Source: the human T2T-CHM13v2.0 reference genome, Homo sapiens
Direction: 5' to 3' (one strand)
NCBI RefSeq assembly: GCF_009914755.1
Contig: NC_060928.1
Length of the DNA: 64,000 bases
Both the position numbers and the translations under genes were made by a program. Shown here piece after piece: positions 13,977-25,800 of the stretch (the first letter of the stretch is position 1; every line of letters begins with the position of its first letter). The notes below the pieces were generated by a model that worked only from the letters and a program-made list of their open reading frames with translations, had not been told where the DNA came from and made no database searches.

Positions 13977-15432
13977 GATTCATGAATAATATGTTATACT
14001 ATACTGATCATTTTTACTCTTTTTTTCAGTCAACACAATATTGAGATTTAGTTTTGTTGGAGTATGTACTTCTATTTTTCATATACTGTCTGTTGTATCT
14101 GTCTATATATCCTCATTTTCATTCCTATAGCTGCTGATGGATGCTTTCCATTATTTTCTTGTCCATTTTCAGTTTGTGAATGTTATTAATAGTCTTTTAA
14201 AAAATTGGATTTTATTTTTGTGATCCTTTCTATTGTTTATATTTTCGAAGTCATCAATTTCTGCTTATATCCTTATCATTTCCTTCCTTCTAGTTTTTGG
14301 GGTTTCTCTATTTCTTTTTGTAACATCTTTACTTGGCCATTTAGCTCATTGATTTCATCTTTTTTCTTTTCTCATACAAGGATTTAAGGCTATACATTTC
14401 TTTTCATGTACTGCTGTGGACTTTAGTACTTTTCATGTACTAAAGTGACCCCATCTTGGATATGAATCTGCCATGTTGACTGCTGATTAACCTCAGTACT
14501 AAATTTATCAGTCTTTTTCTTCAGCCTCTCAGCTGGGACAGATATGCATAGACCTGCTTACCAAGGAAAACTGCTTTAACTGCATACCGTATGTTTTGCT
14601 ATATAATAGTTTCATCAGCTCCTTTCTTCTGGAAATGCCTGTAAGATTTCTACTTTATCTACTGTGTACCATAAATGTTATTGTAAACAGACACCAATCA
14701 TAAATCTGGCCCACAGGCAAATTCCCTAAGGTAAATAAACCCTGGTTCTGGTGGGTATTAGCATGGAGATTCACCATCTCATTTCATGGTGGCTGCACTA
14801 GACATGGTTTCTGTTGTAAGTCTCTATTACATGTTTCTTTCTGAGAAACTAGACTTATTAGTCTCTTTCTTCAGCCTCTCAGCCTCCTTGGACCTTTGGA
14901 GACATGTATGCCTACACCTGCTCACCAAGGAACAACTGCCTTAACCACATACTATGTGTTTTGCTGTGTAACAGTTTCATTGTCATTAAATTCCAAGTTT
15001 TTTCTAACTATCTTTTTGACCCATAAATTCTTTAGAAGCATATTTGTATTTAAATTTCTAAATGTGTGAGGTTTTTGTGGCTGGTTTTTAGATTTTTATA
15101 ATTCATTTCACAGAACAGTCTTTGTTAATTTAAGGTTTGCTTTGTATTATAAAATTTAAGTTTTTGTAAATTTTTTATGTATACATGAAAATAATGTGTG
15201 TTTACTAAGTGGGGGCTTATAGTTCCAGGCATGGTCATTAAATGTGGTACATAAAACTAATGTTTATGGTGTCATTCACATCTTTCACTTCTTTAATTCT
15301 CTTTTTGATTGATTTCTCAATTATTGAGAGATGTGTACTAGTATGGTCCACTATGATTGTAAGTTGCTCAATCTACTTTCTAATTTTGCAAATTTGCACT
15401 TATTATTTTGAGGCCATATTATTGGGTACAAA
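13750..15432 (-). mobile_element. Old L1M fragments, interrupted by (TA)n at 13929-13970 and by an LTR
   Basis: T-rich decayed L1 antisense text (ttatccttatcatttccttcc..., tattttgaggccatattattgggtaca); boundaries approximate. Confidence 0.55.
14415..14934 (+). mobile_element. MER67/MER31-like ERV1 solo LTR carrying internal templated insertions
   Basis: TG...CA ends, flanking repeat actgc (14410-14414 and 14935-14939), aaagtgaccccatcttgga motif. Confidence 0.7.
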
Positions 15433-15904
15433 GGTATTAATCAGGATAGATCAGATTATGCTGTAATATCAAAAATCCCCCAAATTTCAGTATGTTAACA
15501 GAAGGTTTATTTCTTACTTACACTATAGCTTTAATTTGAGTCAGCAGTGAAAGAACTGGATTAATTTTCTTTACTCAGTGACTCAGACTGACAGATGTGT
15601 CCTCTTGTCATTTCTGGTCACACTTCTTTGGTGAAAGCATTTCAGATGACCTTAGCTAATTTCAAGGGGGTTTAGTGGTGGAGAAATATAATTATATCCT
15701 ATCTCCAGAAGAAGAAGCAGAACTTTTGGGGAAAGTCTAATGACTATTACAACATACAAGTTCGGTACTATTATATTTTCCAGGAAAATTATTTAGTTAT
15801 TATGTTGCAATTCACTTTATCCCTAATAATGTTGGTTAAGATTATAAAAAGACAATAGAGGAAGCAGTGTGAAATATGATTGATATCTGTGCTCAGACCT
15901 TAAG

Positions 15905-16484
15905 ATAGATAGATATATATGTGTATATACAATATGTGTGCACACATATATACACACATATATGTGTGCACACATATATACACACATATATGTGTATATA
16001 TGTGTGCACACATATATACACACATATATGTGTGCACACATATATACACATATATGTGTGCACACATATATATACATATATGTGTGTATACATATATACA
16101 CATATATACACATATATGTGTATACATATATACACATATATACACATATATGTGTATACATATATACACATATATGTGTATACATATATACACATATATG
16201 TGTATACATATATACACATATATGTGTATACATATATACACATATATGTGTATACATATATACACATATATGTGTATACATATATACACATATATGTGTA
16301 TACATATATACACATATATGTGTATACATATATACACATATATGTGTATACATATATACACATATATGTGTATACATATATACACATATATGTGTATACA
16401 TATATACACATATATGTGTATACATATATATACACATATATATGTATATACATATATATACATACATATATGTGTGTGTGTGTG

Positions 16485-16537
<53 letters not shown>
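15905..16537. repeat. Alternating purine-pyrimidine minisatellite (24-bp unit TACACATATATGTGTATACATATA) followed by (TG)n and (TA)n
   Basis: About 12 near-perfect tandem units at ~16105-16430; accounts for the six low-complexity Y/I/H/C/V/T/M ORFs. Confidence 0.97.
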
Positions 16538-16580
16538 CTTACTTTGTAAGAACTAATAGAGGCCCAGTTCTTACACTGGC

Positions 16581-17002
16581 TGTGGGAGACAATTCTCCGT
16601 GGTTCCGTGGTTCTCTCATATTTCTGCTTGTCTTAAAAGGGAGGCAGTGATTGCCTTTAGTTCTGGACTGTCTTTTCAAGGATATTTTTATAGTGGAAAA
16701 CTGTGGAAGATAGATAGTGTCTGAAGCAAAGGGTAGGCATCCTCTTGGGTTCCCTAAGCTCAGGGTTCCTCTCCTGCAATGTAACCCATAGGCCTCCAAC
16801 TGGGCCTAACCTTACTACTCCTGTGGGACTTAAAGGGAAGAGTAGACTGATGCAAACATGCTGATGTTCATGCTGCTGGCTATGGAGCAGTAGTAAAATC
16901 CTTGGAGTCTTGTGTTTTCTACAAGTATCCATGAAACTGTGGCAGGCTAATATGTTACCTTGAAAGTTGGGTTAATTTTAGACCCTTGAGAGTTCTTTGA
17001 CA
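16581..17002 (+). mobile_element. Solo LTR (LTR47-like)
   Basis: tgtgggagacaattctcc...gaaactgtggcaggctaa...agacccttgagagttctttgaca with TG...CA termini. Confidence 0.6.
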
Positions 17003-17400
17003 CCAGATTCACTTCCCTTCACGTTAAACTTGTCTGTCCTGATGCTGCTGGTACTTCCTTCAGACTTCACAGTGTCTGCGATAGCAAGTTCACTTTGAAT
17101 TAGGTGGTAGCTACCCAGAAGATTCTCTGACACAGTAGCCGTTGGCTCAATATCTTTATGCTGTTGCTGATAGAATACTGCAAAATGCTCTTCTATATTC
17201 CCTTCAAATGGCTTTAGAGTTTTGCCTTGAAACAGGTTTAGAAAATTTCTTTCTCAACAAAGCCACACTTGAGCTATAATTTGGTTTATATGAATCAAAC
17301 CATCTGTCTTTGCTTTTCCTTCAGCATGTTTGGATAGAGTGAAAAAGTATCCTTTTTATATTCGTAAATTATTAGCAAGTATTTGTTATGTAAATAATTC
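17003..17400 (-). mobile_element. Possible decayed Ty3/Gypsy gag-like coding remnant
   Basis: Frameshifted reading SKHAEGKAK/RWFDSYKPNYSS/FLNLFQG...IEEHFAVFYQ plus a 91-codon stop-free run; family assignment is inference. Confidence 0.4.
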
Positions 17401-17610
17401 TACCTAATTATTAGTTCTGAAAATAAGATCAAGTCTTAGTTATCCAGATGGTCAAGTTCTTCAGCAGCCTTGTTTAACTCGTTTGCATTCCTCAGCATAT
17501 AATCTGTGAGAATTTTTCGGATATTCCATGTTCAGGCGGCAAAAATCACTTTATATTATCCTCCGCAAAGGTAAATCTATTGCAAGATTAACCATATGCA
17601 ATGGCAATAC

Positions 17611-17906
17611 TTTTTTTTTTTTTTGAGACAGTGTCTTGCTATGTCACCCAGGCTGGAGTGCAGTGGTGTGAACATAGCTCACTGTAGCCTTGAACTCCAG
17701 GGCTCAAACAATCCTTCCACCTCAGCCTCCCGAGTAACCTGGACTACAGGGTCAGGGCACTGCACTCAGCTAATTTTTAAATTTTGTGTAGAGACAGGAG
17801 TCTCACTTCGTTGCTGAGGCTGGTTTCGAACTCCCGGCTTTATGTGAGCCTTGTGCCTCAGCCTCCCAAAGTGCTGAGGTTACAGGCATGAGCCACCATG
17901 ACTGGC
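17611..17906 (-). mobile_element. AluJ
   Basis: Diverged Alu dimer with T14 tail. Confidence 0.93.
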
Positions 17907-18385
17907 AGAAAATTCTTGGGTAGAGATACAGATAATTTTATTTTCCCCTAGAATTTTATTTAAGTTTTTAAATTGCCTTTAAACATTTTTAAATGTTTTA
18001 TTAAGTATTAAGCACAAAAAGAGATTTATCAAATGCATGTAAAACATAAGGAGTTATGATTCAATAACATATTTGTGCATACCTCCAAATTTAAGGAAAT
18101 GATTGCTACTATTTCCTTTGATGTTTTCTGTTAATCTGTTATTATTCCCACTTACTTTTCTCTCTCTTCAGACGTATTCATTCTTCCAAAATTTGCGCTT
18201 ACAAATCCCCAGACTTTTAAACAGATAAATCGTATATATTTGCATCCCTAAACATTTTAATGTTTTATGTCTTTATTACATAAACAGAAAAAAGCTCTAT
18301 TTGTTCGTTTGTGACTTTCTTTTTGTAATCAATAATATATTCCAAAGATTCATCCAGATAACTTGTAGTTTATTATTTTATTTTT

Positions 18386-18798
18386 AAAGGCTAATCAACT
18401 GAGGTAGTAGGAGTGGAGAAGGAACAAAAAAAATCTTGGTCAGGCACAGTGGCTCACACCTGTAATCCCAGCACTTAGAGAGGCTGAGGCAGGTGGATTG
18501 CTTGAGCCCAAGAGTTCAAGAGCAGCCTGGGCAAAATGGTGAAATCCTGTCTCTAAAAGAAATATTTAAAAAAATTAGCCAGGCATGGTGGCACACGCCT
18601 GTAGTCCCAGCTACTCAGGAGGTTGAGGTGGGAGGATCACCTGAGCCAGAGATGTTGAGGCTGCAATAAGCCATGATCTCGCCACTGCACTTCAGCCTGG
18701 GCAATGGAAGGAAGACCCTGTCTCAAAAAAAAAAAAAAAAAAAATCTGTAACTGGTTGTAATACATTGCTTGTAAACATCACTGCACTCAGACCAGCC
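18386..18798 (-). pseudogene. Y3 RNA (RNY3-like) retropseudogene split by an Alu
   Basis: Minus strand reads GGCTGGTCTGAGTGCAGTGATGTTTACAAG...ACAACCAGTTACAGATTT [Alu] TTTGTTCCTTCTCCACTCCTACTACCTCAGTTGATTAGCCTTT plus an A-rich tail, matching hY3 as I recall it. Confidence 0.88.
18438..18740 (+). mobile_element. AluJ inserted into the Y3 pseudogene
   Basis: Alu dimer with poly(A); TSD aaaaaaaatct on both sides. Confidence 0.95.
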
Positions 18799-19324
18799 TC
18801 GTTTGTAATTTAAAGGCCATTTTCATTGCTGACCAGCATTCCATTTATGATGATACCCACAATTCATGTACCCGTTCCTCAGTTGATGGGCAGTCCACGT
18901 TGCTTTTCCAGACAGTTGTGTTGCTGAACTCCTGTGAGAGTCTCCTAACACATTAGTGCAAGAATAAAAGGCAGTAGTCTTAAAACGGGGATATATGTAC
19001 AAGGATATACAAATGTTTCCCATGTGATATGTGGATATGTAGGGTGTAAATAGTTTTAGGGGAACCAATTTCTAAACATTTTGCTTCTATACACACTCTT
19101 TTCTAAAACTGATCTCTCTGAGACTTTGTCAGAGACACAGGTCCCGATTTTATATTTGCTCTTTATCCTCTTTCCCCACTTCACAAAATGACATACCTTT
19201 CTCTCAGTTGGTCAATCTTACTATAATGCTTTATTCTGGAGTGTACAAACTCCTAGAGTGCCAAAGAAAGGGACAGTTTGAAATATTGCTCTAGGATAGT
19301 ATTGTGTATTATTTGAATGCTTGG

Positions 19325-19708
19325 TTTTATGGCTGAATCGTATTAACCCCAAATTCTTAGGTTCTAACCACCAGTAATTCAGCATGTGACTGCATTTGGA
19401 GATAGGGTCTTTAGACAGGTAATTAAGTTAAAATGAGGCCCCTAGGGTAGACCCTAATCCAATGACTGATGTCCTTATAGGAAGAGGAGATTAGGACACA
19501 GACATGCACACAGAGGGAAGACAATGTGAAGACACAGGGAGAAGACAGCCTCACCTACAGGCCACAAAGAAGGGCCTCAGAAGAAACCAACACTTCTGAC
19601 ACCTTGTTCTTGGACTTCTAGCCTCCAGAACTGTGAGACAATACATTTTTGTTGTTTATGCTCTCTAGTCTTTGGTACTTCGTTATTGTAGCCCTAGCAA
19701 ACTAATAT
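19325..19708 (+). mobile_element. MLT1A-like MaLR LTR
   Basis: gtgactgcatttggagatagggtcttt...ttggacttctagcctccagaactgtgag...gccctagcaaactaatata. Confidence 0.85.
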
Positions 19709-19970
19709 AATTAGAGAACAAGTACTTTTGTGAGTCAGGTGGTTTCAGTTTTTTTATTTCAACAATATTGAAAGAAAACCTGATTGAATTATGTGCAGAT
19801 TGATCATTTAAGATAATTTTTTGGTGATATATATTTATGTGATTTGAGTATATATCTTGAAAGTAGTTCAAAGATTGAGTGATACTGTAATAACCAAATC
19901 TCCTACATTCCCATCTTATTGATGTGAATAGATTTTCTCAGAGATTACATCTATAGAAACAAAAATAGAT

Positions 19971-20346
<376 letters not shown>

Positions 20347-20925
20347 TCAATTCTAGCAAAAAACCAATATGAAACCACGAATTAATTAACTAAAGAGTCC
20401 TCTCATTAAGAAATAGCTTATTATTATTATTGTGTTTAATAGTATTCAAAAATTTGGAAAACATGTTATTTTGGCCATTGTGTATTATTACTATTTGCAA
20501 AGTTAACTCACTCAAAAATGGACATTTAAAGAGTCGGTCACAGAAAATTTGAAAAAATTTAATTTCAGTTTATAATCTTATTTTTTTACAGGGAAGAAAT
20601 AATAATAAATGACTTTTAAGTTTAAAAGATATTACATTAAAGAAAACTCAATATAAATTGTAGACTTTGAAAAGATACAGGAATGAAGAAAAAGTAACAC
20701 TGAAAAAATTTAATTCTGTTGAAGACCTTATTTATAATATTTTCTAAATAGATGTTGTTGAATGTCAAATTACTATGCTACTTACATTCCATTGGAAATA
20801 TTTAAAAGATGATGTAATAGTTTTATTTTAAAAGGCCAGTATTTGTCACATTCTGGACTTTACATCATTTGCAACTTTTTAAACTTAGGATAAATAATTT
20901 GAATGACAATTTAAAAAATTTGACA

Positions 20926-21229
20926 GGCAGGGCACAGTGGCTCACACCTGTAGTACCAGGATTTTGGGAAGCCAAAGTGGAAGGATCACTTGAGCTCAGC
21001 AGTTTAAAACCAGCTTGGGCAACATAGGGAGACCCTGTCTCTACAAAAAATAAAAAATAAAAAAATTAGCTGGGTGTGGTGGCACACGCCTATGGTTTCA
21101 GATACTTGGCAGGCTCAGACGGGAGGATCGCTTGAGTCTGGAAAATAGAGGCTACAATGAGCTGTGATCACGTCACTGTGCTCCAGCCTGTGTGACAGAG
21201 CAAGACCCTCTCTCTCCAAAAAAAAAAAT
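20926..21229 (+). mobile_element. AluJ
   Basis: Diverged Alu dimer with poly(A). Confidence 0.93.
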
Positions 21230-21339
21230 AGTTTGAAGAACACTCTTTGATATGCTGGTTCACAAAATATACTTATCATTCAATTTTATAAAATAATGCC
21301 ATATACATATATTGACTTGTTGATTTTTTTTTCTTGTGT

Positions 21340-21885
21340 CCTCACCAACTTTTGGAATTATCAATTTATTTTTACTAACGTGGATGTCTATACTGATATT
21401 TTATTATTGCTTTTAACTTGAATTTCTCTGATTACTAATTAGATTGAGGATCTTTTCATATAATTATCAGCCAGATTGGCTTCCTTTTCCATACAATACC
21501 TATTCAGGCTTTTGACAACGTATTTTTTGGGGGGTTGTGTTTTTCTTATTGCTTTGCAAGAATTCTTGACGTATTCTGGTTACAAACCATTTTTCAGTTA
21601 CATGTGTTGAAAACACTTTCTTCCAGTTCCCGAGTTTTAATTTTATCTTCCTTATAGGATTATTTGATAAAGAGATGTTTCAGGGCATCTTGACGTCTTA
21701 TTTAAGAGTTCTTCCCTCTACGAGAAAATTACGAAAATTCTATCTTCTAAGTTTCCCTTTCATATTTAATTCCTTAATCAACCTGAAATTGATTTTTATG
21801 CTCAATGTGTATGCATTCAACTTATTTATCTCCTGTGAAAAGTTGTTATTGCACCAGTTATTGAAAACAACATCCTTTACCCATT
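21340..21885 (-). mobile_element. Old L1M 3' fragment
   Basis: gaatttctctgattactaat...gttattgcaccagttattgaaaa. Confidence 0.6.
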
Positions 21886-21889
21886 CTGA

Positions 21890-22760
21890 GAATACTGAGG
21901 GAAAAATAATCAAACTTGCTTTCTCCTATACCTTATCACTCAAAAATGAACACAGAAGCCTTCTGTGACCAAATGTGTGGGTTTTCCCGACATATCAGAC
22001 AAGCAATCAATTCCGCCATCTGACACCAGCTGGGTATCCTCTAATCCAATTCCATTCTGACACTACCAGGAGACAGCCTCAAATACCACAGGTAGAGGGC
22101 TCAGTCCCCAAGGGTGTCCCCCTCCCCCAACTTCCAATGCCAATCTCAAGCCTCAGCTTGCTTTACCTGTGCTTCTGACTACCTGCTATAAATTAGGGTT
22201 CCCATGACTCCCTCCTGGGATTAGATTAATTTGCTAGAGCAGCTCACAGAACTCAGGGAAACACTTACTTACGTTTACTGGTTTATGATAAAGATTAGTA
22301 GAAAAGATGCTGATGAGTGCCGATGAAGAAATGCATAGGGCAAGAAATGTGGGAAGGGGCAGGAGCTTCTATGCCCTCTCCAGGCCCACCATCCTCCAGG
22401 AACCTCCAAGTGTTCACTTATCCAGAAGGTGTTTGACCTCAGTCCTTTTAGGTTTTTATGGAAGCTTCGTTATGTAGAATTATGTAGACTGGTTAAATCA
22501 TTGGCCATTGGCTTAATCTTCGGACCCTCTCTCCTTTCAGGTGGATGTGAGGGTGTGGTGAGGCTAAAAGTCCCAACACCCTAATACAGCCTTGGTCTTT
22601 CTGGTGACCAAGCCCCATCCTGAAGCTACCTGGGGGTTTCCAGCCATCAGTCAATCATTAGCATACAAAAGACACTCATCACTTTGAAGAATCTAAGTAG
22701 TTCAAGAGTTTTATACCAGGAAACAGGGACTAAGACCAAATGTATATTTCACAATATATA
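21890..22760 (-). mobile_element. MER21 (ERVL) LTR
   Basis: Reverse complement begins tatatattgtgaaatatacatttggtctt; homologous to 46530-47546. Confidence 0.8.
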
Positions 22761-23470
22761 TTTAAAGACCACCCTAATCTTCCAATGAGAACTCCTTACA
22801 TCAAAAGGACATACAACTTAAAAGATACTGCAGCACTCCTAGAATCTCACTGAATCATTTATAATTAATCAAGTCCGTTGTGTAGTATAAATATGTCTCC
22901 CAGGATGAGGTCACTCAAGTTTGTAGGCTTCCATTCGACCCTGTCTGATTTCAAAAGTAGTCTCTGCAAACATAGCTTCACCTTTTCAGGCATCTGTTAT
23001 AATTCAGCTGGAAGACATCATCATCACTTGCTCTGATCCTCTTTTGAAGTGATAATATTGGATTTCCATCCTTATATAACCCATTTATTAATTCCTTTAA
23101 CCTCAGTGACTATTCTTCCTTCTCTTCATTTATACCCCAAATCTTCCACCTTTGGAAGCAAAGGTTTGCCTCCATTTGTACACCCTGTCTGTCTAGGCGG
23201 AACGCAGCAATGCCAGTCTAGCAGGTGCTCCCTTTCAGTCCACTCATATTCAGATAGGGTTAGGCTACACAGGTCCAGAACTGGTGGGCTGTTTTTACTA
23301 CCAGGCAAAATAGCTGCATTCACTGTTAACCCCAATTTTGCCAAATGAGATGAAGGCACAACCCACTTCTATCAGGCCCATAAGGAATTCTGATATAAGG
23401 TTTATAATGAGCCATCCCTACTTACAGCCCTTGTAATTGCAGCCCTGATCCTATGACCACTGCATCAAGT
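22761..23470 (-). mobile_element. ERVL internal fragment joined to the MER21 3' LTR, with a degenerate dUTPase-like remnant
   Basis: ORF 23126-23359 (PSSHLAKLGLTVNAAILPG...LDLCSLT..EYEW) resembles the ERVL post-integrase dUTPase-like segment; contiguous with the LTR. Confidence 0.55.
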
Positions 23471-23479
23471 AGGTGAAAG

Positions 23480-23548
23480 AAAAAAAAAAGAGGACAAGAG
23501 AATTAAAAATATATAATGTTTTATTGTCAAAAATAGACAAACTTTAAT
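23480..23548 (-). terminator. DDIT4L: DDIT4L cleavage/polyadenylation region
   Basis: Minus strand ATTAAA (23548-23543), AATAAA (23525-23520) and a downstream U-rich tract (TCTTTTTTTTTTCTTT); cleavage inferred near 23500. Confidence 0.8.
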
Positions 23549-25309
23549 TTCCTTTAACAGGAATATTAATTTAACAGCCTTCCATAAGCCATCACCATTT
23601 TGTAAGCATAACAGGCAAGAGAGTCAAAGATAACTGTTAGTGGGAAAAGGACAACAGTTCTACATCCATGCCCAAGAAGCCTTGCCCAGTCAGTGGTGAC
23701 AACTCCAGGACAGCGGCAGAAACACAGTGAACCTTTGGAGCTTAACAATAGCCATGCAAAACAACATAGATTTATCTTGGCCCAATTCTATAAAGATTGG
23801 CTTTGTAGTATCTTTCCAAGCATTTGAAGAGTTTAGTTTGTTAGAACACTTGCTAATTTGAACAGTGACATTTTAGGTCACTTATAGTATCACTAACAGG
23901 ATCACACCTGTTTTTCAGTAACACCAGGATGAATACATCTGTCCCTACGCCAGTCTCCAGCATGTGAAGTGGAGCTAATAGCTAGGGCAGGAAACCTGAA
24001 TAAGCTCCTTATCCACGACCCACAGCAAGGATATGAAAGCCTTGCTGAATTGAACATTGTTGAGTGGAGGCTAAATTCTCTCATTAACATAAAAAAGGAA
24101 AGAGATAATGATCTACTTAGTTGGAATAAGACAAAAAATCAGGCCTTTATTATTCCCTAGTGACAGGTATCCAAGGTGGAAAAAATCTGGGTGCATGCAT
24201 GGTTATCTGGACGGTGAGTTTCATTCTCTAGGCTGTACTATAAACCATATCTCCATAGCCAATGCAGACTTCGTAAATTGACCCGTTTCAATAATTCAAA
24301 GTGGTAGTATACAGCTACTACCCTTGACAATTGGGGTTAAGGAGAGATACTTCAATTCCCAGAAAAGCCCAGAGATGAGATAACACTGCCATGGTGAAAT
24401 GGTTCATCTGAGATTAAGCACATGTAATACTGAAAAGAGGATAGATTACTAAGTGAATCAGAGAGGGACTAGATCTCAGAACTCATTTCCTATCCTCACA
24501 GGTATTCATCATTCACTCAATGGAAGAGTAATAAACTACACACAGAAATATCAGTTCAATATTTTGCATTTTTCTAGTTTAAAGACAGTATTCAACACTT
24601 AAGAACAAGGGAAACTGAGCTTATAAAGGCATCTAAAACAACACCGTGGTTACTGAAATGGCACCATAAGCTTTTGTTGCCTCTTTAAAACATTAGAGTG
24701 AGGAAGTCACCAAGAAACAGTGAAGCAGTTCCATTATTGCCGTAATATTTCTCATTTACTCTTACCTAGGGTTAAGCTTTAATTAAACTCACCTACTTAA
24801 TCCTACCCTCCTGTCTAAAAACCCTTCAAATTTGAGTCAGGAACTGGTGGTGTGGGCTTTTGGAAGTTTTGATAGGCTAAATATCATTTAGTATGATTCT
24901 GTGATTTAAAAAATCCTCTGAAAACTTACAGAAAAAAAAGCCATATGAAAATCAAAATAGGCAAATCTGGTTTATATAGTCTATCACCAAGCCTACCTGA
25001 AACCAAATTGTGGAATCAAATGTAAAACTCAAATGGGCTTCTACTTTTGCTTACCTATTCCATCCCATTCAATTCTGTACAAAAATGGGATCTATGCAGA
25101 AAATCTACACTATTTTGAATCACTTCTCCAAAGGCCAGAAAATCAGCCTGTTAGCTGCAGTTGCTATGAATGTGAAACACAGAAAGAAAAGAGACTACAT
25201 TTGGGGTTTCTTATTTAGGGCAGGTGGGGCAAACTACAAATGACTTTAGCTGACTAGCTGAATAGTTTTACTACCCAATCATGAAATAATCTTTATATAT
25301 TTTCCCTTT
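23500..25309 (-). other. DDIT4L: DDIT4L 3'UTR (~1.8 kb, no recognisable repeats)
   Basis: Lies between the stop codon and the poly(A) signal. Confidence 0.8.
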
Positions 25310-25800
25310 TTAGGACCCTTCAATCACTGTTGTTCCAATCAGTGAGTAAAGTTTTTTCTTAACAAGTCGAAATCCTGAGCTGAGGATCAGAGTTCTCCTG
25401 AAACCAGAGGAGAAGCGACCTCTACTAAAGAAAAAGTCCCTGAAGCTAGTCCATGAGCAGTTCTCCTGCTTAAACACAAGTGTAAGCTCAAAAGTAGGTA
25501 CGACGCTAGAATCACACACAATCCTATCCAGCTTTTTACATACATTTTCAATTTCCAAGTTCACGTGCATAACACAACCTCGCAAGCCGCAGGGCTCCGT
25601 TGAGGAAAGCCGCAGGACATCTTGAGCAATTCTCTGCGTCAGTTTCTCAGGGACAAGGACCTTTGAGCAACCAAGTTTAGTTTGCTTTGATTTGGACAGA
25701 CAGTTCTCCAGCATTTTAACCAAATTCTGGCAAGTTGATTCCTCAAATATTACCTCGTTGAGGTTGGGTTCAGGAACAACATAATCCCAGTAGTCAAAAT
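25310..25800 (-). CDS. DDIT4L: DDIT4L (REDD2/RTP801L, mTORC1 inhibitor) last coding exon
   Basis: Acceptor TTCTTACAG|AT at 25801/25800; encodes (D)FDYWDYVVPEPNLNEV...EPCGLRG...PTFELTLVF...LSSGFRLVKKKLYSLIGTTVIEGS* (RTP801 C-terminal domain); 491+91 nt = 193 aa + stop. Confidence 0.98.

Noticed and set aside
15823-16650. Six long ORFs (186-243 aa) and a CRISPR-like periodic repeat
   Set aside because: Artefact of an alternating R/Y minisatellite that cannot form stop codons; no unique spacers, no cas genes, eukaryotic DNA
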